The notes below the pieces were generated by a model, which saw only the letters and a list, made by a program, of their open reading frames with translations, had not been told where the DNA came from and searched no databases. Made by a program: the position numbers and the translations under genes. Of a stretch of DNA of 19,088 bases, positions 8,122 through 16,204 are shown piece after piece (the first letter of the stretch is position 1; each line of letters begins with the position of its first letter). This DNA is from Nitrospinota bacterium. Its GTDB lineage: Bacteria; UBA8248. The stretch lies in contig JAYGFR010000117.1 in assembly GCA_046581755.1 (NCBI GenBank), positions 1 through 19,088 on the forward strand, given 5' to 3'.

Positions 8122-8652
8122 TTATTTCTGGAGCTGTCCGGCCACCTCGTCCAAAAAGTCTTTCGTGACCGACTTCATCTCATCGGGGGTCAGGTTGCTG
8201 ACCGGGTGGGGAAGCTTGACGTAGGGATGATCCGCCATCCCCTTGCCCTTGAACTGGAAATCCGCCGCCGTCTTGAACGCCTCGGTAATGATGGTGGTGG
8301 AGGGAATTCCTCTTTTTTCGAACTCCACGGTGTCGTGCACACTGCACAACGTGCAGGAGCCTCAGCCCCCAAGGGCGCAAATGACCACGTCGCACTGCTC
8401 GGCCATCTCTTCGATCATGGCATCCGGGGCCGGTTTCGAGTAATGCTCCTTCCGGCGCACGATCACTTCCTTGACCCCGTACTTCTCGCGGAGGCCCTCC
8501 CCCAGCGTCCGGAGAATGAGGCCGGCCTGCTCCTTCGTGTTGTCGAGGACGCCGACCACTTTCCCGCTGAGATCCGCCGGACGGTCCGCGGGGGGGATCG
8601 ACTTGCTCGCGGTTCCCGCCGTGGGATCGACGAAATCCATCTTCACAGCCAT
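8122..8652 (-). CDS. UGSC-family selenoprotein (Sec97; UxxCxxC motif), 176 aa
   Basis: ORFs 8362-8652 and 8122-8349 share a frame and join through TGA at 8362-8364: DVVICALGG-U-GSCTLCSVHDTVEFEKRGIP...KLPHP. AAAGGAG RBS upstream. Confidence 0.9.
8332..8350 (-). promoter_or_regulatory. Putative bacterial SECIS hairpin of the UGSC gene
   Basis: 11 nt after the UGA: GUUGUGCA-GUG-UGCACGAC, an 8-bp stem with one G-U pair and a G-initiated loop at +20. Confidence 0.7.
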
Positions 8653-8881
8653 GGCACATCTCCTTTCGGATTGAATTGTCGAATCGCCCGGACATCATAT
8701 TCCGGCCTAGCGGGCCTGTCTATTATCGCGGGCTTCGCCGGGCGTTGGGCCGGGCGCCCGCCTGGGCCCGCTTCCCTCGGCGGGGAATTTTTGCGAAAAT
8801 GCCGGCACCAGCGGCGGAATTGCGGCCAAAAGCCCCCGCCAATGCCCCATTAATCGACCGAATCCTTCATGGAGCAAAACC

Positions 8882-11143
8882 ATGCCCAGCGAATTGATTG
8901 TCGGAAAATCCAACGTCCGCTACGACGCCATCCCCAAATCGGACGGCTCCATGCCCTACGGGGAGGACTACATCCCCGACGGGGCGCTTCATTGCGGCGT
9001 TCTCTTCACCCCGGTTCCCCACGGCAAGCTCAAGAGTATCGACACCCGCGCCGCCAAGCGCGTGCCGGGCGTCGCCGCCGTGCTCACCGCCAAGGACATT
9101 CCGGGCAAAAACTTCCGCTTCGGCTCGGACACGGCCACCCACCCCGGCCAGCCCATCCTCGTCGAGGACATGATCGAGTTCACCGGGGACGCCCTCGCCG
9201 TCGTGGGCGCCGAATCGCGCGAGGCGCTCGAAGCCGGAATCGCTGCCATCAAGGTCGAGATCGAGGCCAGGGGCGGCGTCTGGACCACCCGCCACGGCGA
9301 GAAAACCGCCGGGGAGCGCCGGGTGTGCGATTTCGAGGTGACCCGGGGGGATGCGCCGGCCGCCTTCGCGGCGGCGGACGTCATCATCGAGCGCACCTAC
9401 GAGACCCAGCTCGCCGAACACGCCTTCATCGAGCCGGCCTCCGGCACATCATGGCTGGAGGAGGACGGCGTCCTCACCATCCGGGTCGGCACCCAGCTCA
9501 TCGAATACTACCGGGCGATGGCCATGATGCTGGGCCTCCCTCAGAGTCGGGTGCGCCATCTGGGCACCTACGTGGGCGGCGGGTTCGGGGCCAAGGGAGT
9601 GCTCACCGTCGAGCCCTATCTGGCGCTCCTGACTCATATCACCCGGCGGCCCGCCCAGATGGTCTTGGGCCGGGAAGAGGGCATCCGCTCCACCGTGAAA
9701 AAACATCCCTTCAAGATGCACTACCGCACCGCCGCCTCGAAGGACGGAAAGATTCTCGCCGTCGAGGCCGAGGTGATCGGCGACGCGGGAGCCTATCCCT
9801 ACAAGACCAACCTGTTCCTGCTCGGCGGGATGTGCATCGCCACCGGCCCTTACGAAGTGCCCAACGCCGCCATCCGCTGCCACGGCTATCTCACGAACAA
9901 CCCCGTCACGAACGCCATGCGCGGCGTCGGCTCGAACCAGCTTTGCTTCGCCTACGAGAACCAGATGAATCTCGTGGCCGAGGCCCTGGGGATGGACCCC
10001 TCCGAGATCAGGCGTCGCAACTTCCTCCAAAAGGGCGGCAAGCTCGTGACCGGACAAAAGATCGAATTCGAGACGGGCCTGGATTCCTGCCTCGAGGGCG
10101 CCATCAAGGCGCTCGGACCCAAAAGAAAAGCCGCCCCCGGCAAGCGGATCGGCCAGGGCTTCGCAGCCAACATCACCGGCTACGGACGCCCCCACGACTC
10201 CGCCGAGGCTGCCGTCCACGTCGAGATGGACGGCAGCGCCGTCGTCCGCGTGAGCGCGCCCGACATCGGCGCGGGCCAGGGAGCCACCCTCCAGACCCTG
10301 GCCGCCGAATCGCTCGGGCTCCGGCTGGATCAGGTCTCCACCCGCCTGTCGGACTCGGCCGCGACCCCGCTCTCGGGCATCACGGCCGGCAGCCGGCAGA
10401 CCCTCATGGCGGGCCACGCCGTCAAACTCGCCGCCGACGAGGTTCGAAAATCGCTCGTCACGGGCGCGGCCTCGCTCCTAGAGGCGGCCGAGAGCGACAT
10501 CCGCATGGGCGGCGGAGAGGCCTGGGTGGCCTCCTCTCCGGACCGGCGCGTCGCGCTGGGCCAGGCGGCGGGCAAGGCCAAGGCGATGGGCGAGTCGCTC
10601 CACTGCACCCACGGCTACAACATGCCCGGCCTTGAGTACGAAAATCCCGAGCGCTACATGGGCGGGCTGGGCGGCTGGGCGGACTACACCTTCGGCGTCC
10701 ACGCGACCGAGGTCGAGGTGGACATCGGCACGGGCGAGGTCAATATCCTCAAGCACGTGGCCGCGCACGACGTGGGCCGCGCCCTGAACCCCCAGAGCGT
10801 CGAGGGCCAGTTCGAGGGCGGCGCCGTCATGGGCATCGGCTACGCGCTGCACGAGGAGATCACGATGACCGAGGGGGCCTGCCGCTCGCAGAGCTTCCAC
10901 GAGTACCTAATCCCGACCTCATCGGACGTGGGCGATTTCGAGTCCATCATCCTCGAGTGCGGAGAGGGCGCGGGCCCCTACGGCGCGCGCGGGGTGGGCG
11001 AGCCCCCCTGCAACAACGCCCCGGCGGCGGTGGCGCTGGCCGTGAACGACGCCATCGGCGGGGTCGTCTACGAGCTCCCCATCACCCCCGAGCGCGTCTG
11101 GCGGACGATTCAGGAAAAGGGCAACGGAAAGACCGGGCGCTAG
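8882..11143 (+). CDS. Xanthine dehydrogenase-family molybdopterin-binding (large) subunit
   Basis: 753 aa with HAFIEP, VGGGFGAK, AMRGVG, GAGQG, TAGSRQT, DVGRALNP..VEGQFEGG and GARGVGEPP motifs. Confidence 0.93.
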   Translation: MPSELIVGKSNVRYDAIPKSDGSMPYGEDYIPDGALHCGVLFTPVPHGKLKSIDTRAAKRVPGVAAVLTAKDIPGKNFRFGSDTATHPGQPILVEDMIEFTGDALAVVGAESREALEAGIAAIKVEIEARGGVWTTRHGEKTAGERRVCDFEVTRGDAPAAFAAADVIIERTYETQLAEHAFIEPASGTSWLEEDGVLTIRVGTQLIEYYRAMAMMLGLPQSRVRHLGTYVGGGFGAKGVLTVEPYLALLTHITRRPAQMVLGREEGIRSTVKKHPFKMHYRTAASKDGKILAVEAEVIGDAGAYPYKTNLFLLGGMCIATGPYEVPNAAIRCHGYLTNNPVTNAMRGVGSNQLCFAYENQMNLVAEALGMDPSEIRRRNFLQKGGKLVTGQKIEFETGLDSCLEGAIKALGPKRKAAPGKRIGQGFAANITGYGRPHDSAEAAVHVEMDGSAVVRVSAPDIGAGQGATLQTLAAESLGLRLDQVSTRLSDSAATPLSGITAGSRQTLMAGHAVKLAADEVRKSLVTGAASLLEAAESDIRMGGGEAWVASSPDRRVALGQAAGKAKAMGESLHCTHGYNMPGLEYENPERYMGGLGGWADYTFGVHATEVEVDIGTGEVNILKHVAAHDVGRALNPQSVEGQFEGGAVMGIGYALHEEITMTEGACRSQSFHEYLIPTSSDVGDFESIILECGEGAGPYGARGVGEPPCNNAPAAVALAVNDAIGGVVYELPITPERVWRTIQEKGNGKTGR

Positions 11144-11171
11144 GCGCACCTTCGAAAACGAACCGGAAAAC

Positions 11172-11203
11172 AAAAAGGCCCCGGCGAAAACCGGGGCTTT
11201 TTT
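11172..11203. terminator. Bidirectional rho-independent terminator
   Basis: AAAAAGGCCCCGG-CGAAAA-CCGGGGCTTTTTT between convergent genes. Confidence 0.85.
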
Positions 11204-11237
11204 GCGGCCTGTCGCTTGTGCGGCGGGGTGCGTGATT

Positions 11238-12268
11238 CTAGGCCTCGAACTTCCGCGTCACGGACTGGCAGGAGACGTGCATTCCGGGCATCACCACGGT
11301 GCAGGAGCCGGGCCAGCCGCCCGCCACGATGAGGGTGAGGTCTTCCGGGTGACACACGGCGGGGACGAAGAAGTCATCATTCTCCGGCTCCACCGGGAAC
11401 GGCAGGCGTTCGAGCCTGGGGTCGTGATCCCAGATGCCTGCGTTTTTGATGTCGCCCACGCGCCGCCCCGCCGTCCGGAAGAGGCGCTCGTGAACGTCCG
11501 CCTTGGAGAGGCCCGCATCGGCGCACAGGCGGGCGTGCTGGGGGCTGAGGGCGACGACGATGTCGCACCGTCGGTAGATGTTCGGCGAGCCCGTGCAGGA
11601 CATCATGTCCCCGATGACGATGAAGAGGCGCTCCGGGTCCTGGCTCACGTCGTCCCAGACCAGATGCGGGCTTTCACACACAAGCGTGGTGAGAATGTTT
11701 TCCTCCAGCCCGAAGCCCTTGGTCTCCGAAAGAGGCTCCCAGGGGCTCTCCTCTTCGTTCTCGGCGATGCAAAACGAGTAGCGGCACGGCTCCCCGAAAC
11801 AGGTTAACGATGCAATCCCCGGGATTCCCCCGCCCAGGTTGGTGAGGATGAGACGAATGGTGCGTCCGATGGTGGCGTTCGCGCGGAAGCCGGGACCGAA
11901 GCAACCGGCGCCGCCGTGGAGACTGATCTGCCTGGCGTAGGGCCATTCACGACCATCAGGGGTGCACCGCCGCGCATGGTCACCTGGTTGGCGGTTGTAT
12001 TGAGCCGCTCATCCGCTATCGTCTCTATGCCGGCGATGACGACGGGCATGTACTCGGGCTTGCATCCCGCCATAACGGCATGGACGGCGGCGGATTGAAC
12101 CGTGACTTCCTCAAATGCGGGCGGGATGACGCCAAGGACTTCCTCCGGGGAGCGCTTTGTGCCCGAAAGCATCCGTTCAATCCGCTCTTCCGTCGGAGGA
12201 ACGCCGGGCAGGCCGTTCGACCAGGCTTTCTCGAAGAAAAATTCGAACTCATCGTCAAGAAGAACCAT
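11238..12268 (-). pseudogene. UGSC-associated ~340-aa protein, paralogue 4, with a single-base deletion frameshift (pseudogene or sequencing error)
   Basis: GGAGG RBS and ATG 12268. Adding one base to the G3 run at 11940-11942 restores NGPYARQISLHGGAGCFGPGFRANATIGR and an open frame to TAG at 11238. Confidence 0.8.
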
Positions 12269-12309
12269 GAAATTTCCTCCCACAAACACCTTGGATGAAT
12301 TCCCAAAAT

Positions 12310-13338
12310 CTATGGCATAAAGGCCCGTGTCACGGGCCGGCTGGCGCCGTTCCAGCCGGACATAATCACACTGATCGGACCGGGGATGCCCCCGGCGACG
12401 ATGACGATGAGATCGCCCGGAACCTTCATCGTGGGGACAAAGAAACTGTCATCATTCAGATCCACCTCGATGGGCAGGTCCTGGATCCGGTCCTCGTGGT
12501 AGCCTCCGCCGGTCTTGAGCTCGCCCAGCGTCTTGCCCGCCTTCTCGCAGAGCCAATTGTGGACATTCCCCTTGCTCCAGCCCGCGTCGATGCAAATCTG
12601 CGCATGATCGGGGCTTATCCCGACCACCATGTCGGACCGTCTGAGGGCGTTCATCCCGCCCAAGTGGGCCATGCCGTCGACAATTCCAGCGAGGAGCGTT
12701 TCGGGCCGGTTGCTCGTGTCATCAAAAATGGTCTTGGGGTTCTCGACGGCGACGGCGGTGACGACATTTTCCTCGGCGCGAAACCCCCGCGTCACCGAGA
12801 GCGGCTCCCAGGGACTTTCCTCTTCGTTCTCGCGGATGCAGTAGGTATAGCGCGAGGGCTGCGAGAAGGTGCTCATCGAGGTGACGCCGGGGATGCCTGC
12901 GCCGAGGTTCATGAGGATGAGGCGGATGGCGCGGCCGATCGTCGCGTTCGCCCGGAAGCCGGGTCCGAAGCAGCCCGAGCCGCCGTGGAGCCCAATCTCT
13001 TTTCCGTAAGGGCCGTTGAAGATCGTGAGGGGGGCGCAACTCTGCATGGTCGCCTGAATGCCGTTGATGTTGAACGGCTCCTCGAGCACCGCCTCGAGCG
13101 AGGCCAGGACGCCGGGAAAATGCGCCGCCTTGCAGCCCGCCATGACGGCGTGTACGGCAGCGCTATGCACCGTCGCGGTTTCGTTCGCCGGCGGAACCTC
13201 GCCGATCACCTCGCCGTGGTCCCGCTCCGTTCCGGTCAGCATCTCCGCGATGCGCTCCCCGGTGGGGATGACGACGGGCAGGCCGTCTGACCAGGGCTTA
13301 TCGAAGAAAAATTCGAACTCATCGTCTGGCAAGGCCAC
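12310..13338 (-). CDS. UGSC-associated ~340-aa protein of unknown function, paralogue 3
   Basis: WSDGLPVVIPT, AVMAGC, NGPY, GCFGPGFRANATIGRAIRL, ENEEESPW and IVAGG motifs; AGGAG RBS and GTG start. Confidence 0.85.
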   Translation of the reverse strand: MALPDDEFEFFFDKPWSDGLPVVIPTGERIAEMLTGTERDHGEVIGEVPPANETATVHSAAVHAVMAGCKAAHFPGVLASLEAVLEEPFNINGIQATMQSCAPLTIFNGPYGKEIGLHGGSGCFGPGFRANATIGRAIRLILMNLGAGIPGVTSMSTFSQPSRYTYCIRENEEESPWEPLSVTRGFRAEENVVTAVAVENPKTIFDDTSNRPETLLAGIVDGMAHLGGMNALRRSDMVVGISPDHAQICIDAGWSKGNVHNWLCEKAGKTLGELKTGGGYHEDRIQDLPIEVDLNDDSFFVPTMKVPGDLIVIVAGGIPGPISVIMSGWNGASRPVTRAFMP

Positions 13339-13385
13339 CGGTATTCTCCTTTTCGAAAACTCCGTCTTTTCTGAATATTCCGCCG

Positions 13386-14408
13386 CTACACCGTAAACGC
13401 CCGCGACACCGCCCGGCTCCCGCCGTTCCAGCCATGCATGACCGCGCAGTGCGGGCCGGGGGAGCCGCCGGCCACGATGATGTGCAGGTCGGCGGGGTCC
13501 TTGATCACGGGCACGAAAAAATCATCGTCCTCCAAATCCACCTCGAACGGAAGGTCTTGCATCCACTCCGGACGGTACTGCCCCGCCCGCTTCAGGTCGC
13601 CGAGCCGCCGGCCCGCAAGGTCGCAAAGGCGGCGGCGGACATCTTCCCGGGAAAGATCTGCGCAGATGGCCGCCTGCTGGGGCGAAAGGGCGAGGACAAG
13701 GTCCGAGCGCACCCATTGGTTCCAGCAGCCCAGGTGGGACATGGTGTCCGCGATGGAGACGAAAAGCTGCTCCGGATTCCGGGCGTAGTTGTCCACCACG
13801 AGCTGGGGGTTTTCGCAGGCGACGGCGGTGACGGCATCCTCGCCCGCTTCGAGCCCCCGGCTCACCGAGAACGGATCCCAGGGGCTGCCCGCCTCGTTTT
13901 CGGCGATGCAAAACGTGTATTTCGACGGCTGACCGAAGGTGCTCATCGAAACGACGCCGGGAATTCCTCCGCCCAGGTTCAGGAGCATGAGACGGATCGC
14001 GCGGCCGATGGTCGCGTTCGCACGGAAGCCGGGGCCGAAGCAGCCCCGCCCGCCGTGGAGGCCAATTTTTTTCGCATAGGGGCCGTTCACGATGAGCAGC
14101 GGGGCGGAGCTATTCATCGAGCCCTGGAGGCCGTTCAGCCCGAACCGCTCATCCAGCATGGACTCGAGGCCCGCGATGAGGACGGGCAGGTATTCGGGAC
14201 GGCAGCCCGCCATGACCGCGTGGGCGGCGATGGCCCGCACCGTCGCCTCGCCGAACGCCGGCGGAACCGCGCCGATCAGCTCGACCGGATCGCGCGAGGC
14301 GCCCGAGATCATTCGCTCAATCCGCTCTTCGGTCGGGACGACGACCGGAAGGCCGTCCGACCATTTTTTCTCGAAAAAAAATTCGACCCCGTCCATCTCG
14401 CCGGTCAT
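13386..14408 (-). CDS. UGSC-associated ~340-aa protein of unknown function, paralogue 2
   Basis: Same motifs as the other paralogues; start overlaps the paralogue 1 stop (ATGA, 14405-14408). Confidence 0.85.
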   Translation of the reverse strand: MTGEMDGVEFFFEKKWSDGLPVVVPTEERIERMISGASRDPVELIGAVPPAFGEATVRAIAAHAVMAGCRPEYLPVLIAGLESMLDERFGLNGLQGSMNSSAPLLIVNGPYAKKIGLHGGRGCFGPGFRANATIGRAIRLMLLNLGGGIPGVVSMSTFGQPSKYTFCIAENEAGSPWDPFSVSRGLEAGEDAVTAVACENPQLVVDNYARNPEQLFVSIADTMSHLGCWNQWVRSDLVLALSPQQAAICADLSREDVRRRLCDLAGRRLGDLKRAGQYRPEWMQDLPFEVDLEDDDFFVPVIKDPADLHIIVAGGSPGPHCAVMHGWNGGSRAVSRAFTV

Positions 14409-15433
14409 GGCGTGAACGCCCGCGACACCGCCCGGCTCCCGCCGCTCCAGCCGTGCATGACCGCCGTGACCGGGCCGGGCACCCCGCCCGCGACGATGAG
14501 CTTCAAGTCCTTCGGGTCTTTAAGGGTGGGAATGAAAAAATCATCGTCTTCGAGGTCCACCGGAAAGGGGAGGTCCCGGATCCGCCCGGGCCGGTAGTCG
14601 CCGCCACGCTTCATCTCGCCCAGCCGGCGGCCCGCCAGCGCGCAAAGGCGCGCGTGGACATCCTCCCGGCTCAGCCCCGCCCGGCCGCAGATGGCCGCTT
14701 GCTGCGGGGCCAGGGCAACGACCAGATCGGACTGGGCCCAGTTGTTCCAGGAACCCAGGTGGGCCATCGTATCGGCGATCGCGACAAACAGGCGCTCGGG
14801 CCCGGTGCTCACGTCGTCGAACACGAGTTGGGGGTTTTCGACGGCAACCAGGGTGAGGACATTTTCCTCCGGCGAAAACCCGAGGGATTCCGAAAGCGGC
14901 CCCCAGGGGCTTTCCTCTTCGTTTTCGCGGATGCAGTAGGTATAGCGCGAGGGCTGGGAGAAGGTGCTCATCGAGGTGATGCCGGGCAGGCCCGCGCCGA
15001 GGTTCATGAGGATGAGACGGATGGCCCGGCCGATGGTCGCGTTCGCCCGGAAGCCGGGACCAAAACAGCCCAGGCCGCCGTGAAGGCCAATCTCCTTCGC
15101 ATAGGGGCCGTTCAGGATCATCAGCGGGGCGACGGCGTGCATGGTCGCCTGGATACCGTTGATGTTGAACGGCTCCTCGAGCATCGCCTCCGCGCCCGCC
15201 AGGACGGCCGGCAGATATTCGGGCCGGCAGCCCGCCATGACGGCATGGACCGCCACGTCGCGCACGCTCGCCGCTTCGTAGGCCGGGGGTATCTCGCCCA
15301 CCGGCTCCTCCGGGCTCCGCGAGGTGCCCGTGAGCATTCGCTCGATTCGCTCCCCGGTCGGCGGAACGACCGGGAGGCCGTCCGACCAGGGCTTATCGAA
15401 AAAAAACTCGAATTCGTCCTCCGGTGCGCTCAT
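14405..15433 (-). CDS. UGSC-associated ~340-aa protein of unknown function, paralogue 1
   Basis: Same motifs. Start reassigned to ATG 15433 (MSAPEDEFEFFF) from the GGGAG RBS and alignment to the paralogues. Confidence 0.85.
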   Translation of the reverse strand: MSAPEDEFEFFFDKPWSDGLPVVPPTGERIERMLTGTSRSPEEPVGEIPPAYEAASVRDVAVHAVMAGCRPEYLPAVLAGAEAMLEEPFNINGIQATMHAVAPLMILNGPYAKEIGLHGGLGCFGPGFRANATIGRAIRLILMNLGAGLPGITSMSTFSQPSRYTYCIRENEEESPWGPLSESLGFSPEENVLTLVAVENPQLVFDDVSTGPERLFVAIADTMAHLGSWNNWAQSDLVVALAPQQAAICGRAGLSREDVHARLCALAGRRLGEMKRGGDYRPGRIRDLPFPVDLEDDDFFIPTLKDPKDLKLIVAGGVPGPVTAVMHGWSGGSRAVSRAFTP

Positions 15434-15482
15434 GGCAGGTCTCCCGCCGCCGTCGCCGTGGCTTCCCGGCAACGCGGCCCGG

Positions 15483-15932
15483 CTAGTTGACCGTGCGCGC
15501 GCCCCGGCCGATGGCTTCCTTGAGATCCTCGGCGAGCGGTGAGCCCATGCGCACGAGGGCGGCGTAGTCGCGCATGGCGGCCTCGCGCCTTCCGGCCAGG
15601 GCAAGCGCCTTGCCCCGGTACTCGCGAAGCTCGGCGTAGCCGGGATTCATCTCGACCGCACGGTTGTAGGCGGCGATGGCTTCGTTCAGGCGGCCGGCAT
15701 GGCGGAGGCTGTAGCCCAGGAGGGTGTATGCCTTGTAGTCTTTCGCGTCCTCGGCGACGGCCTTTTGAAATAGCGCGGCCGCACGCTCCCACCGGCCCTG
15801 GTGAACCTGGATGCGTCCCTGCTCATAGAACGAGCCGTTGAGGTCGGGCTTCGGATGACGGGCGGCCTCGTAGCCGAGGGCAGCCGTTGAAAAAACAAGC
15901 GACAAAGCGAGAGCGAAGACAGCGGCGCGCAT
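15483..15932 (-). CDS. Tetratricopeptide-repeat protein with predicted signal peptide
   Basis: AGGAGG RBS before ATG 15932; MRAAVFALALSLVFSTAALG signal peptide; about 3 TPRs (e.g. AYTLLGYSLRHAGRLNEAIAAYNRAVEMNP). Confidence 0.85.
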   Translation of the reverse strand: MRAAVFALALSLVFSTAALGYEAARHPKPDLNGSFYEQGRIQVHQGRWERAAALFQKAVAEDAKDYKAYTLLGYSLRHAGRLNEAIAAYNRAVEMNPGYAELREYRGKALALAGRREAAMRDYAALVRMGSPLAEDLKEAIGRGARTVN

Positions 15933-15943
15933 GGAACATTCCT

Positions 15944-16019
15944 CCTGAAAAGTCGTATAGCCAGTGTATAGCCGTATGGCCAGCGAAAAGTCGTATGGCC
16001 GATGAAAAAGCATATGGCC
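15944..16019. repeat. Degenerate 19-bp tandem repeat x4 (core GAAAAGTCGTATRGCC)
   Basis: Units: cctgaaaagtcgtatagcc, agtgtatagccgtatggcc, agcgaaaagtcgtatggcc, gatgaaaaagcatatggcc. TATRGCC ends at 15962, 15981, 16000 and 16019. Confidence 0.75.
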
Positions 16020-16204
16020 GGTAAGCCCAAAGGACGATCAACGTTTTTACGGGTGGACGTTTTCGTCAGAAACGGTAATTTACCGCCGGCGGGGAAAAAG
16101 CGCCACCCCTTTTCGGGGGCGTGGCAGGCCACCCGTGAGGGCATTTTACAGTAATATACACTTGGCGTAGCACATGGCCAGACCACCAACCCAAGGAGAT
16201 TGTC

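Noticed and set aside
5920..8652. Genome-wide UGA reassignment (Trp or Gly) as the explanation for the in-frame TGAs
   Set aside because: TGA ends normal genes here (HAD, TfoX, DinB-like, paralogue 1 with ATGA overlap), Trp is encoded by TGG, and both internal TGAs sit at Cys-type catalytic positions with downstream hairpins.
7141..8853. Long antisense or alternate-frame ORFs (e.g. 7141-8853 +, 8869-10635 +, 241-1104 +, 13434-14597 +, 15686-16930 -)
   Set aside because: Shadow ORFs of GC-rich genes: they overlap well-supported CDSs and carry no recognisable motifs.
8882..11143. Aerobic CO dehydrogenase large subunit (coxL)
   Set aside because: Lacks the AYxCSFR (form I) and AYRGAGR (form II) loops, and no coxM/coxS genes are adjacent.
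15434..15482. GGAGACCTGCC upstream of paralogue 1 resembles the 3' end (B12 box) of a cobalamin riboswitch, and metH is nearby
   Set aside because: The intergenic gap is only 49 nt, the other conserved elements are missing or out of order, and GGAG is explained as the RBS.
15434..15604. N-terminal extensions in the ORF track (paralogue 1 to 15604; also SDR from 2301, TPR to 16013, OsmC to 17193)
   Set aside because: Downstream ATGs have clear SD sequences and fit family N-termini; the extensions overlap other genes or non-coding elements.
15944..16019. Mini CRISPR array
   Set aside because: 19-bp contiguous degenerate units with no unique spacers, and no cas genes in the window.
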